A DNA stretch of 64,000 nucleotides from Spirochaetia bacterium (GTDB lineage Bacteria > Spirochaetota > Spirochaetia > SZUA-6 > Bin103), in contig CBDAOI010000004.1 of assembly GCA_965198005.1 (NCBI GenBank), positions 2,240,001 through 2,304,000 on the forward strand. The letters are read 5' to 3'. Shown here in pieces: positions 54,301 through 64,000 of this stretch (positions are counted from its first letter, which is position 1; each line of letters begins with the position of its first letter). A program made the position numbers and the translations under genes. The notes beneath the pieces were generated by a model that was not told where the DNA came from, did not search any database, and worked only from the letters and a program-made list of their open reading frames with translations.

Positions 54301-56187
54301 CGACACGGTGACCGTGAACGGTGTGCTGGAAGCGCGCGACACGGTGGCGGTGACGGTGCTGGTTTCGTCGTTCTCGGAGATCGATGCCGGGTCCAGCTTC
54401 AGCGTCACGCCGGGGCTGGAGTCGACCAGGCAGACCGTCACTCGGTCGTATATCTTGTAGGGGAAGGTGCCCTCGTACTGGTTTCCAGCCCACCGGTAGG
54501 ACTCGCCGTAATCCTGCGGACTGTGGGCGGTGACGCTGGAGAACGGCAGCGCCATCGCGCCGACGTGCAACGTCAGATCGTCAATCTCGGCGTCCGAAAA
54601 AGCAGACGCGACGGCAAAATGATAGGCTGGCGGAAAGCCATAAAACTCACTCGGCTGACCGAAATATACCTGGTTCACTTCAAAGGTCCTGGTACCGAGA
54701 TCGAATTCTTTGTCCGAGATCAAGCCAGGAAAGAGATGTTCGGGCGTGGTTTGAAGGTCAACTTCCGTGTTATTGTCTTTGTACCCGAGGTCGTCGTACG
54801 CTCCGTGTCTGGCCAGGGTGATTTCCGCCGACCAGAACGCGCCGGCGCATGCCGGCACGGGCACCATCGCGTCGGTGGTCGCATAATTGGGGGGCGACCC
54901 GTCGCGTTCCGTCGACCACGGGCCTTCGACCCCATTGCCGGTACGCGCCTTGACGCGGTAGTGGCGGGTGCTGCCCGGCTCGAGCCACTTGTGGATGTAC
55001 TTGTTACTTTGTGGGTACGTAGAGGCAGGGTGGTAGAGGTCGTCACCCTGTTCATCGTACCCCAGCAGATTCGTCCAGGTGTTGCCACCATCTGCGGAGA
55101 CTTGGACCAGGTAGTTCGCGATATCGGCGTTATCCTCCCTGCTCCAACTCAGGTTGAAGCGAGACTGCCCCGCCGGCCGCGGAGTATAGAAGAGTGGAGC
55201 GCCCGGCGTGCCGGTTGCGGCGGCGGGCACGTAGTCGTGCTCGATCGAAACCGCGGGCGCGTTCGGCAGCGGCTCGGAGGCGCGCGCCGTGAGCGCGGAT
55301 GAAATCGGGTTACGGCCGACCACACCGGGCGTGCGCTCGGCAAGCTGCAGTCGACCTTCCAGCGTGAACCCCCGGGGCCGCTCCTTGGCCGCGGCCCGCG
55401 CCGCCGCTAGTTCCGGGTCGTAGCTCGGCAGCGGGGTGACGATGCGTGTGGCCGTGCCGGTCGCCGCGATCGTTGCGGGGCCGGCGGTCGCTGCGTCGAC
55501 GGGGCCGGCGGCATCGGCGAGCGCGGGCCAAGTGGACACTATGTTTTGTGGGCCGGCCGCCGCCGGGGCGTGGGCCAAGTCCGCGGCCAGCGAGAAGTCG
55601 AGGTTGCTGATGGCGGCGCCGTGCAGCCGGAGTGCATTCGCGCCGATGGCGGGGTCACTGAAGTCCTGGTTCCAGTCCAGGGCGAGATAGCGGAAGGTCA
55701 GCTTGGACGATCCGGAACCACTCGCATAGATGCTCGCATAGCCGGTCTGGCGGAGCGGGGGGCGTCCCATTTCCAGATCGATTCGCGGGGTGCCGCGCCT
55801 GGTGTCCACCCACACCGGCTGGTCGAACTTCACTGTCACTTCGATCACGCGGCGCGGCGGATACCAGCGCTCGGCGCCCGCATCCGTACTGAAACGTACG
55901 TCCAGAATGCGCGGTACGCCCGTAGGAGACGCTGCAACGCGGCCCTCGCCCGGGCGCGGAGCAGTGCTCTGCACGCGCGTTTCCTGCCCGGTTTCCGCCC
56001 CCGGCTGCGCGTGCGCGACATCGCGCGCGCCCATGACGGCAACTGCCATGAGCAGGGCAAACAGCAGCCGACGCGCCGGAACCTGGCGCCGGCGCAGGCA
56101 AGCGCCCACACGCCCCAGCCGTGCAGTCAGCGATGCGCGCGGGTGAAGTGGAAGATCGCAGGTTCCTGGATTCACCGGGTTGTCCAT
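42312..56187 (-). CDS. Giant autotransporter-type adhesin (FN3, cadherin-like, Calx-beta-like domains, C-terminal beta-barrel), ~4600 aa, split by five 1-bp frameshifts
   Basis: Consecutive ORFs 50065-56187, 48998-50266, 46810-49362, 44700-46910, 43235-44830 and 42312-43670 join by single-base changes; WLARFGRTVA linker; ends LRW. Confidence 0.85.
46655..53420 (-). repeat. Tandem array of ten 642-bp (214 aa) cadherin-like + FN3 units plus an extra cadherin-like copy
   Basis: Anchor ctcgatc at 47221, 47863, 48505, 49147, 49790, 50431, 51073, 51727, 52369, 53011. Confidence 0.95.
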
Positions 56188-56676
56188 GTTCCTTTTCGAC
56201 CGAAGTGGTGGCTTCCTTGAACCGCGAATTGATGCCGGTTGGGTGGGGCAACGCAGCCAGACCGGCCGCCGAAACCGCCGGAACGGGCGGTACCTGGAGC
56301 CTCAGACGATGCCGAGCAGTCGCTCACCCACCGATCCGGTGGCTGAGCGCACGCTCATACAGGCACTGGGCGCTACCTTGGCAAGCATGGGCAGTCAGGG
56401 GGCATTCGGGGCCTATACCGAGTGTCCGCTCAGAGCAACCTCCGGACGGGTCGCCGGCAACCCCGCCCCCGGTCGGCTGGCGGTACCGAGGACCGGGCGG
56501 GCGGCAGCGGCGCGACCGCGGTACGCGGCAGCACGCACTGCGGCGGCGCGGCGCGGCGGGGCGACGCGCACGCCCAATACCGCTACGATGTGGCAACCGG
56601 AGACAGCGACCGGTCAGGTGAATCCGCACTCGGTCCGCACCGTAACCGGCAACCGGACACCTGGGAGACACCGTCA

Positions 56677-58305
56677 ATGCGCACCACTGAACCGACCGAG
56701 AAGAGTCACGGCAGGGCCGCCGCGTTCGACGTGCTGATCGTTGGCGCCGGGGCGTCGGGTCTGTACATGCTGCACCGGATCCGGCTGCTGGGGTTGACCG
56801 TGCGCGTGCTGGAGGCGGGCGCCGGCGTGGGCGGCACCTGGTACTGGAACCGCTATCCCGGCGCCCGCTGCGACACCGACACCATGGAGTACTCCTACAG
56901 TTTCTGCGAGCAACTCCAGCAGGAGTGGGAGTGGCCCGAGCGCTACCCTACCCAGCCCGAAATCCTGCGCTACCTGGAGCACGTCGCCGACCGGTTCCGG
57001 CTGCGCTCCGACGTCTCGTTCGACACGCGGGTGGCGGCCGCGACCTTCGACGAAACCGCGCGCCGCTGGCGGCTGCGCACCGACCGCGGCGACCAGCTTT
57101 CGGCGCAGTTTCTGATCTTGGCGACCGGCTGCCTGTCGGTCCCGATCACGCCCAGGATGGACGGCGTCGACTCGTTCACCGGCCCGATCCATCACACCGG
57201 CCGCTGGCCGCACGCCGGCGTGGACTTCAGCGGGCAACGGGTCGGAATCATCGGCACCGGCTCGTCGGCGGTGCAGTCGATCCCGGTGATCGCCGAGCAG
57301 GCGCGCCGGCTGGTCGTATTCCAGCGCACCGCCCAGTACTCGGTGCCGGCCCGCAACCAGCCGGTGGACGCCGAGCTGGTGGCCCGCATCAAGGCCGACT
57401 ACGCCGGATTCCGAGCGCGCAACCGGCTGCAACAGAGCGCGCAGCTATCCCACCGCCCGGCCAACGACGTCTCGGCCCTCGCGGTGGATGCCGCCGCGCG
57501 CGAACGCATCTACGAGGAACGCTGGCAAGAAGGAGGATTCCCGTTCTTCGGCAGCTTCAACGACCTCATGCTGGACCAAGCAGCGAACGCGACCGCGGCG
57601 GAGTTCGTGCGCGGCAAGATTCAGGCGACCGTGCATGACCCGGGGGTGGCCGAACTGCTGTGCCCGTCGCACACCATCGCCTGCAAGCGGCCGGTGCTGG
57701 ACAGCGGCTACTTCGAGACCTTCAACCGCCCCAACGTGCTGCTGGTCGACATTCGCTCGGCGCCGATTCGGGAGATCACGCCGACCGGGGTGCGCACGGT
57801 GAGCGCGCACTATGAACTGGACTGCCTGATCTTCGCTACCGGGTTCGACGGCATGACCGGGGCGCTGCTGGGGATCGACCTGCGCGGCCGTGGCGGCCTG
57901 ACGCTGCGCGCCAAGTGGTCGGCCGGGCCGCGCAACTACCTCGGCCTGTCGGTGGCGGGGTTTCCCAACCTGTTCACCATCACCGGCCCCGGCAGCCCGT
58001 CGGTGCTGACCAACATGATGGTGGCGATCGAGCAGCACGTGGAGTGGGTGGCCGACTGCATCGGCTACCTGCGGCAGCAGGGGCACGCCTGCATCGAAGC
58101 CACGGTGGCGGCGGAAGATGCGTGGGTGGAGCACGTCAACCAGGTCGCCGGGCGTACCCTCTACCCTACCTGCAGCTCGTGGTACCTGGGCGCCAACGTG
58201 CCGGGCAAGCCACGGGTCTTCATGCCGCTGCCCGGCTTCCCCCGGTACGTCGAGAAGTGCAAGGAGGTGGTTGCCAACGGCTACGAGGGGTTCGTGCTGA
58301 CCTGA
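56677..58305 (+). CDS. Baeyer-Villiger monooxygenase (cyclohexanone monooxygenase-like)
   Basis: GAGASG, GGTWYWNRYPG, FTGPIHHTGRW fingerprint, GTGSS. Confidence 0.93.
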   Translation: MRTTEPTEKSHGRAAAFDVLIVGAGASGLYMLHRIRLLGLTVRVLEAGAGVGGTWYWNRYPGARCDTDTMEYSYSFCEQLQQEWEWPERYPTQPEILRYLEHVADRFRLRSDVSFDTRVAAATFDETARRWRLRTDRGDQLSAQFLILATGCLSVPITPRMDGVDSFTGPIHHTGRWPHAGVDFSGQRVGIIGTGSSAVQSIPVIAEQARRLVVFQRTAQYSVPARNQPVDAELVARIKADYAGFRARNRLQQSAQLSHRPANDVSALAVDAAARERIYEERWQEGGFPFFGSFNDLMLDQAANATAAEFVRGKIQATVHDPGVAELLCPSHTIACKRPVLDSGYFETFNRPNVLLVDIRSAPIREITPTGVRTVSAHYELDCLIFATGFDGMTGALLGIDLRGRGGLTLRAKWSAGPRNYLGLSVAGFPNLFTITGPGSPSVLTNMMVAIEQHVEWVADCIGYLRQQGHACIEATVAAEDAWVEHVNQVAGRTLYPTCSSWYLGANVPGKPRVFMPLPGFPRYVEKCKEVVANGYEGFVLT

Positions 58306-59318
58306 GCGAGGCGCTCCAGGGCGGCGCCGGCTTCGGCCACCACGTCGCCCACCACCTGCCCGGCCGGCTTGACCCGATGGATCAGGCCGGAGCTCTGGCC
58401 CGCGGGCAGCACGCCGTGGTCGGTGTCGCCGCGGTGACGGCCGAGTTCGGAGGCGGCGTGCCCGACGTGCAGCGCCTGCAGCGGATAGGGCTCGATCTGG
58501 TCCTGACGTGCCTCCCATGAATCGGTGAACCGGTTGCGGATCAGGCGGCACGGCTTGCCGCTGTGGGCGCGGGTGACCACGGTCCCCGCCTCGGAGGTCC
58601 GCACGATCTTGCTCTTGTAGTTGCGGTGGGCGTGCGCCTCCTCGGTGGCGACGAACCGGGTGCCCATCCAGATGCCCTGCGCCCCGAGCGCCAGCGCCGC
58701 CACCAGCGCGCGGCCGTCAGCCAGCCCGCCGCCGGCCACCACCGGCACCTCGACCGCGTCCGCGACCGCCGGAATCAGCACCGCGGTGCCGATCGTGCCG
58801 ACGTGGCCGCCGCCGTCGCTGCCGGAAGCGATCACGGCGTCCACCCCGTCCGCCACCGCCTTCACCGCATGGCGTACCGCGCCCACCACCGACATCACGT
58901 AGATGCCGCGCGCATGCGCCTCCGGCACGGCCGCGGCCGGGCTGCCCAGGCCGGAGATCAGCACCGGCACCCGCTCCTCCAGGACCACCCCCACCAACTC
59001 CTGCACCGCGTCGGTGTAGCGCGTCACCTCGCTGCCCGCCGCGCGCACGGTTGCAAACAGAATGTCCACCCCGAACGGCTTGTCGGTCAGGCTCCGGGTC
59101 GCCTCGATCTGGCGCCGCAGCTCGTCCGCCGTCATGTCCGTCCCCGCGCCGATCACGCCCAGCCCGCCGGCCTCCGACACCGCGGCCGCCAGCTCGGCCC
59201 GCGCCACCCACCCCATCCCGGCCTGAAACACCGGATACTCGATCCCGAGCCGCGCGCAGATCGGCGTGCGCAACGCGCGGGCTGTGGGCGTGGAGGTGAT
59301 GTCCGAGAGCACACTCAT
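58281..59318 (-). CDS. Nitronate monooxygenase / FabK-like flavoprotein
   Basis: PVFQAGM, AGGLG, GGHVG, AGGLADG, MGTRF; start uncertain. Confidence 0.88.
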   Translation of the reverse strand: MSVLSDITSTPTARALRTPICARLGIEYPVFQAGMGWVARAELAAAVSEAGGLGVIGAGTDMTADELRRQIEATRSLTDKPFGVDILFATVRAAGSEVTRYTDAVQELVGVVLEERVPVLISGLGSPAAAVPEAHARGIYVMSVVGAVRHAVKAVADGVDAVIASGSDGGGHVGTIGTAVLIPAVADAVEVPVVAGGGLADGRALVAALALGAQGIWMGTRFVATEEAHAHRNYKSKIVRTSEAGTVVTRAHSGKPCRLIRNRFTDSWEARQDQIEPYPLQALHVGHAASELGRHRGDTDHGVLPAGQSSGLIHRVKPAGQVVGDVVAEAGAALERLAQVSTNPS

Positions 59319-59839
59319 TGGTCCGCACGCTTTGCAGCGTATAACGGATCGGCTACCCTTGTCGTATGAGTATGGCATGCCGCGCCCGCCGCGACGCTCT
59401 CGGTTGTTGATGCCCCGCCGCAGCGGATCGGCGCAACCGGCGCGGTTCAGTCGACGGGATCTTCGGCGTCGGAGCCGCACGGAAACGTGATCAGGATGGC
59501 AACATCCCAAGCCGCTCGCAGACCCGGGTGCGTAGCGCGCTCGCTGCCGGCGTGGCGCATGACCCCTCGGAACGCCCGAGCGGTCACTGCAGCTCGTTGT
59601 GAACCGAGAGGATAACCGCGTCCACGCCGCGACCGGACCAGTGCCGCTTGGCCCACCGTCCGGCGCCGACGCCGACCAGGAACGCGGCCGTGCCGCCACG
59701 TCGTTGCAGCGTGCGTCGATGGCGCCTGACCAGTGCGGGCTCGTGGTCGTTCGCAACGTTGGGGCGAACGGTCAGGCATTGGTCGATGCAGAACGGACGG
59801 TCCCATAGATTCCCGCTGCCGCCTCGCCGCTGCCGTCAC

Positions 59840-60067
59840 TTACTTGTCGGCCGCTTGGTAGCGTTCGCCACGCTCCGCGATGGCCCCAGCATCCGCCGGG
59901 AGCCGCGACGGGTACGGCGCGGATAGCGCGCCCTCAATCCGCGCCACCCTCTCACCAAGCGACAGCAACCGGCCGTTGATCGACAAGAGGATAGGCACCA
60001 GCGCCCCGAGCATCACGCCTAGCAGGGTTACGCCCACGGCCAGGATGGCTATTAGCTCCCCGCTCAA
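59840..60067 (-). CDS. Small membrane-anchored coiled-coil hypothetical protein
   Basis: N-terminal TM helix followed by LGERVARIEG. Confidence 0.6.
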   Translation of the reverse strand: MSGELIAILAVGVTLLGVMLGALVPILLSINGRLLSLGERVARIEGALSAPYPSRLPADAGAIAERGERYQAADK

Positions 60068-60441
60068 CCCGTCGCCCGCTTGCGTCGGCCGTGCCCGCCG
60101 GCGTCCATAGGACGCTCGACCGAGCGCACCCCCTCGACCAGCGCCGCTCGTACTACCGCTCCCTCACTCACGCCGTGCCCCGCGCGCTTCGCCAAGCGCC
60201 GTCACCTCCGCCCGCGTCGGTGCCAGAAATACCGTTACTCGCTCGATCGGCGGTGTTTGATCAAACAACATATCGGACAGCGTAGCATACGTACGCGCAT
60301 ACGTCAACGCTTCAACGGTCGGCCCGGTCGGCCGGTCGGCCCGGTCGGCCGGTAGGCCGCCTCCCGCGCCGAACAGCTTCTCGAACTGGGCGAACCACAC
60401 GAAGTTCCACTGGAGGTCCGCGTCCATGCCGGTAAAGGAAA

Positions 60442-62601
60442 GGGTGTAAGTCTCAAATTGACCAGTCAGGCGGCCCGACCGTGTGCCAACTCGATCTCGT
60501 TATCCGGCACCAAGACCTCGGTCCGGTAGGTCCCCGAGAGCAACGACCACGCCGCGTCGAAGCGATCACTCTGCACCCATCCCCGTAACGTCAGAATCGC
60601 TTGCCCGCCGGCCTCTCGCCAGCGCATCCCCGAGCGCTTCATCCGTTCGGTGACCAGCGTCTTGCACGCTGCCTCCATTACGCCAGAACCAATCGGCAGG
60701 CCGCGCGCTGCCGCGCCCGCGTAGTCCATCCGCTTCCGGTTGCGCCGAAAGTAGCCCAGCACTTCCTGGATCCGCTTCCGCCGCGGGTGCTTGCGGCCCA
60801 GATACCGCAGCCGGCGGATCACCAGCTCCACACCTCCCTGCTCATGCCGCAACACGTGTCGATACTTCTCGTACTGCGTTCGTCCCCGTTCGTCGTGCTC
60901 GCCGTAGGCCGTATCCGTCGCCGCCTTGAGCTGCTCGGCGGCATGGTAGAAATCCACCAGTTGCTCGCTGCTCACCGCCTGTGGCGCCAATTCAACCAGA
61001 AAGCTCCAGTTGTCGTGCGCCCCGTCCGCCAGCTTGACCACCTCCAGCCCGGGCCGTTGCTCCAGCGCTGCCTCCACCTCCGCGCTCAACATCTCTTTCA
61101 AGGTCGCCTTCTTGGTCTCCGGCATCCGCCCCATACGCAGCGTACCCAACCGCTCTCCGTCGCAGTCGTAGAACGACACCGTGCCACAGCCGACCTCTCG
61201 GAAGCCGGCCGGTCCCTTGGTCGGCCGCCCCTCAGCCCGCGCCGCGGCGCGCTTGGCTTGCCGCTTCCCATCCTTCATCGGTGCCATCACCCCGTCCAGG
61301 GACACCGCCATTATCGTCGCCTCATCCGGTACCAGGAGGTCCGCCCGCAGCACCTCCTCGAACGCTGCCCGCCGCTCCTCCCAGCGCCTGCTCAACTGCT
61401 TCGGCAGTCGCTCCAGGCTGCTCGCCGAGGGACTCATGTTGCCCAACCCGTCCAGAATCTCGGCTCCCTCCCGCGGCGTCACCTGGGCCACCAGAAAGCT
61501 CGCTTGGTGCGCCGCCCGCGGCGTCCAGTGACCGCCGATGATGCCCGCCCGCAACTCCAGCGGCACCACTGCCGGCTCCTTGCCGGCGCGGTACAAGGTC
61601 CGCAGCACGGTAATCGGACCGACCCCGCTGGTGTAGGTCTCGGTGGCGCGTAGCACGCGTCGGTGGCGACGGCCCTCGATGCTCACCTCCGGTCGGTCTA
61701 CGTCGAACCGCTCCAGCTCATGCTCCAGCGTAGCCCGCTCAGCGGCGACGAAGCGCTGGTGCAGTTCGCCCTCCAAGCGCTCAAAGTCTTGCTCCGCCGG
61801 TGGGCACTGGCAGAGCCGGCCCAGTTCCGTCCCCAGGTCGCTGACAATCCGATCCAGCTGGTCGCTGCCACTGGTGGCGCCAGCGCTGCCGGTATCCGCG
61901 GGCGCCGGCAGCGGACCACTCCTTGGAGCCGGCCCCTGGCCCGCGCACTGGGCCAGATGGTACTCGCCGACGGCTGTCTGCCCGAACTCGATTCCCAACA
62001 GTTCATCCGGCGGCACCCACAGCTCGCCGCTACCGCTGGCGTAGTAGGCGCGCAGCACCGTCACCGGCCCATACCGCCCGTGCACCGTCTTCGGGCGATT
62101 CCCCTTGAACCGAAACACCACCTTGCCCCGCTTCAGCCGCGGCCCCAGGTAGCCGCTGTCTGCCTCCGTCGCCAAGTCCTGCACTACCTGCCGCTCTGTC
62201 TTCATCAGGCTCTCGTGCACGAGCTGTTCCACCTGCAGCATCCCAGCCGGGCTGCTGACAGCGCCGTTGTCGGCGCCAGCGCGGTTGCGCAACTCCAGCT
62301 TGACATGCGCAACGATATGAGCGACCAATTCTTATCCATAGTTGACCTCCCAGTCATAGCCATTGTGCTATTGACTGGGAGGTCTTTGCTACCCCCCTGC
62401 CCCAAACGGCCCAAACCGGGGCAAACCTCGCACCCATTTCCCCGCCTGCCATCACGCCGACCGCTGCCTCCGGGACAGCCGCAGTACCGGTGCTGGGATC
62501 CGCTACCTCCCGGCGCGTGACACTTTGTCACCGTCGCGCGTCCAACCTGTCCTGGAGTCGCACCAGACCCCCTCTAATCGCTCAATTCGAGACTTACACC
62601 C
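60442..62601 (-). mobile_element. ISKra4-like insertion sequence (Mutator-like DDE)
   Basis: 20-bp TIRs gggtgtaagtctc(a/g)aattga at 60442-60461 and 62582-62601; TSD aaaggaaa at 60434-60441 and 62602-62609. Confidence 0.92.
60466..62328 (-). CDS. ISKra4-like transposase with an extra N-terminal part from a second transposase
   Basis: SLDG, ADGA..NW, DFYHA, PIGSGVMEAACK...RMKRSGMRW. Confidence 0.85.
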   Translation of the reverse strand: MVAHIVAHVKLELRNRAGADNGAVSSPAGMLQVEQLVHESLMKTERQVVQDLATEADSGYLGPRLKRGKVVFRFKGNRPKTVHGRYGPVTVLRAYYASGSGELWVPPDELLGIEFGQTAVGEYHLAQCAGQGPAPRSGPLPAPADTGSAGATSGSDQLDRIVSDLGTELGRLCQCPPAEQDFERLEGELHQRFVAAERATLEHELERFDVDRPEVSIEGRRHRRVLRATETYTSGVGPITVLRTLYRAGKEPAVVPLELRAGIIGGHWTPRAAHQASFLVAQVTPREGAEILDGLGNMSPSASSLERLPKQLSRRWEERRAAFEEVLRADLLVPDEATIMAVSLDGVMAPMKDGKRQAKRAAARAEGRPTKGPAGFREVGCGTVSFYDCDGERLGTLRMGRMPETKKATLKEMLSAEVEAALEQRPGLEVVKLADGAHDNWSFLVELAPQAVSSEQLVDFYHAAEQLKAATDTAYGEHDERGRTQYEKYRHVLRHEQGGVELVIRRLRYLGRKHPRRKRIQEVLGYFRRNRKRMDYAGAAARGLPIGSGVMEAACKTLVTERMKRSGMRWREAGGQAILTLRGWVQSDRFDAAWSLLSGTYRTEVLVPDNEIELAHGRAA

Positions 62602-63108
62602 AAAGGAAATGACCGCGGTCAGGACCACCGGCGCAAAGAAGAACGCCGTGACCAGCAGCAGAAACAGTGTACTCCATCATCGCGGTCATCTCGGCGATGA
62701 ACATCGCGGCCCATCCCCAACTCCCGTAGAGCCGGAACAGGGCGTCCCCGTTCAGGAATCGCTCCGAGATGACCCGCCAGTCGATCGACGTCATGCCGCG
62801 GGCGTCACGTTATTCATGTCAGCTTCCGAGCGGAACGGGCTGCCATGATACCATAGATATAGATAGATCCGAAACTTCGTATGTGCGACGATTTCCGTGG
62901 GTTTCATAGCCTCTCTCGGTGGTGCAAGCCCGCCTGCCGCGGTGCGCGCGCACGATGCGCACGATACACGCTTTGGCGCTTTGGGGCCACGATTGACGTC
63001 CCGTTGCGGCGGACCATAGGGTTGGTTTGGGCGAACGGTTGCAGGTGCTGCAGGTGTTTGTGTTTGCCCGTCCCACGGCGCTGATAGTATGGTCGAGCAG
63101 GGGGTGTG

Positions 63109-64000
63109 ATGGGACATTCAACGGCGTTCGACGTGCTGATCGTTGGCGCCGGGGCGTCGGGTCTGTACATGCTGCACCGGATCCGGCTGCTGGGGTTGAC
63201 CGTGCGCGTGCTGGAGGCGGGCGCCGGCGTGGGCGGCACCTGGTACTGGAACCGCTATCCCGGCGCCCGCTGCGACACCGACACCATGGAGTACTCCTAC
63301 AGTTTCTGCGAGCAACTCCAGCAGGAGTGGGAGTGGCCCGAGCGCTACCCTACCCAGCCCGAAATCCTGCGCTACCTGGAGCACGTCGCCGACCGGTTCC
63401 GGCTGCGCTCCGACGTCTCGTTCGACACGCGGGTGGCGGCCGCGACCTTCGACGAAACCGCGCGCCGCTGGCGGCTGCGCACCGACCGCGGCGACCAGCT
63501 TTCGGCGCAGTTTCTGATCTTGGCGACCGGCTGCCTGTCGGTCCCGATCACGCCCAGGATGGACGGCGTCGACTCGTTCACCGGCCCGATCCATCACACC
63601 GGCCGCTGGCCGCACGCCGGCGTGGACTTCAGCGGGCAACGGGTCGGAATCATCGGCACCGGCTCGTCGGCGGTGCAGTCGATCCCGGTGGACGCCGAGC
63701 TGGTGGCCCGCATCAAGGCCGACTACGCCGGATTCCGAGCGCGCAACCGGCTGCAACAGAGCGCGCAGCTATCCCACCGCCCGGCCAACGACGTCTCGGC
63801 CCTCGCGGTGGATGCCGCCGCGCGCGAACGCATCTACGAAGAACGCTGGCAAGAAGGAGGATTCCCGTTCTTCGGCAGCTTCAACGACCTCATGCTGGAC
63901 CAAGCAGCGAACGCGACCGCGGCGGAGTTCGTGCGCGGCAAGATTCGGACGACCGTGCATGACCCGGGAGTGGCCGAGTTGCTGTGCCCGTCGCACACTA
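63109..64000 (+). pseudogene. Second BVMO copy with new 5' end and in-frame 78-bp deletion; runs off window
   Basis: 63124 onward matches 56722 onward; equivalent of 57289-57366 missing. Confidence 0.88.

Larger units (their letters stand above)
60370..62670 (-). pseudogene. Short carbohydrate ABC permease-like fragment interrupted by the IS
   Basis: Removing IS and one TSD gives LFLLLVTAFFFAPVVLTAVISFTGMDADLQWNFVWFAQFEKLF. Confidence 0.55.

Noticed and set aside
46924-55302. Long + strand ORFs (831 aa, 1335 aa) and repeated small ORFs
   Set aside because: Antisense shadows of the GC-rich adhesin repeats
60230-60310. Orphan TA-type promoter (TTGACG-17-TACGCT, minus strand) and RHH-like start MLFDQTPPIERVTVFL
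   Set aside because: Plausible remnant, but no complete gene and weak evidence
4720-62340. Single-base frameshifts at ~4728, 13414, 24519, 43359, 44878, 46950, 49356, 50103 and 62333 as programmed frameshifts or pseudogenisation
   Set aside because: Nearly all are +/-1 in 2-3 base runs without slippery motifs, and 49356 is a hybrid of two repeat variants; most likely long-read consensus errors, needs reads
1-64000. rRNA, tRNA or known riboswitch
   Set aside because: None recognised by eye; not excluded without tRNAscan/Infernal

Overview
GC-rich bacterial accessory region; a host-associated (e.g. sponge-symbiont, possibly spirochaete) origin is only my inference from gene content. The backbone is three family-5 (Dpp/Opp-type) ABC modules (SBP + two permeases, no ATPase) plus a deleted fourth copy. 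Also present are redox/catabolic enzymes (2 LLM, 2 PPOX-class, SDR, amidase, class III aminotransferase, GMC, Baeyer-Villiger monooxygenase, nitronate monooxygenase), a ~13.9 kb autotransporter-type adhesin with ten 642-bp repeats, an ISKra4-like IS with TIRs and an 8-bp TSD, and many toxin-antitoxin/defence-like modules (AbiEii-like x2, DUF4258/YgiT, YefM/YoeB, XRE/NTase, Rpn, three AAA ATPases, PIN/HEPN/HNH remnants). Two unusual structures stand out. (1) A conserved leader ORF with an in-frame poly-C tract precedes the SBP genes. Its stop overlaps the SBP ATG, and both shifted frames hit conserved stops just after the tract, making it a candidate phase-variable translational-coupling/attenuation switch. 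(2) Most spacers are patchworks of ~20-400 bp fragments copied from nearby genes and joined at microhomologies, with intact self-promoted TA/ATPase cassettes embedded among them. Several 1-bp indels in short homopolymers look like sequencing errors. Family assignments are from motif recognition, not database searches.
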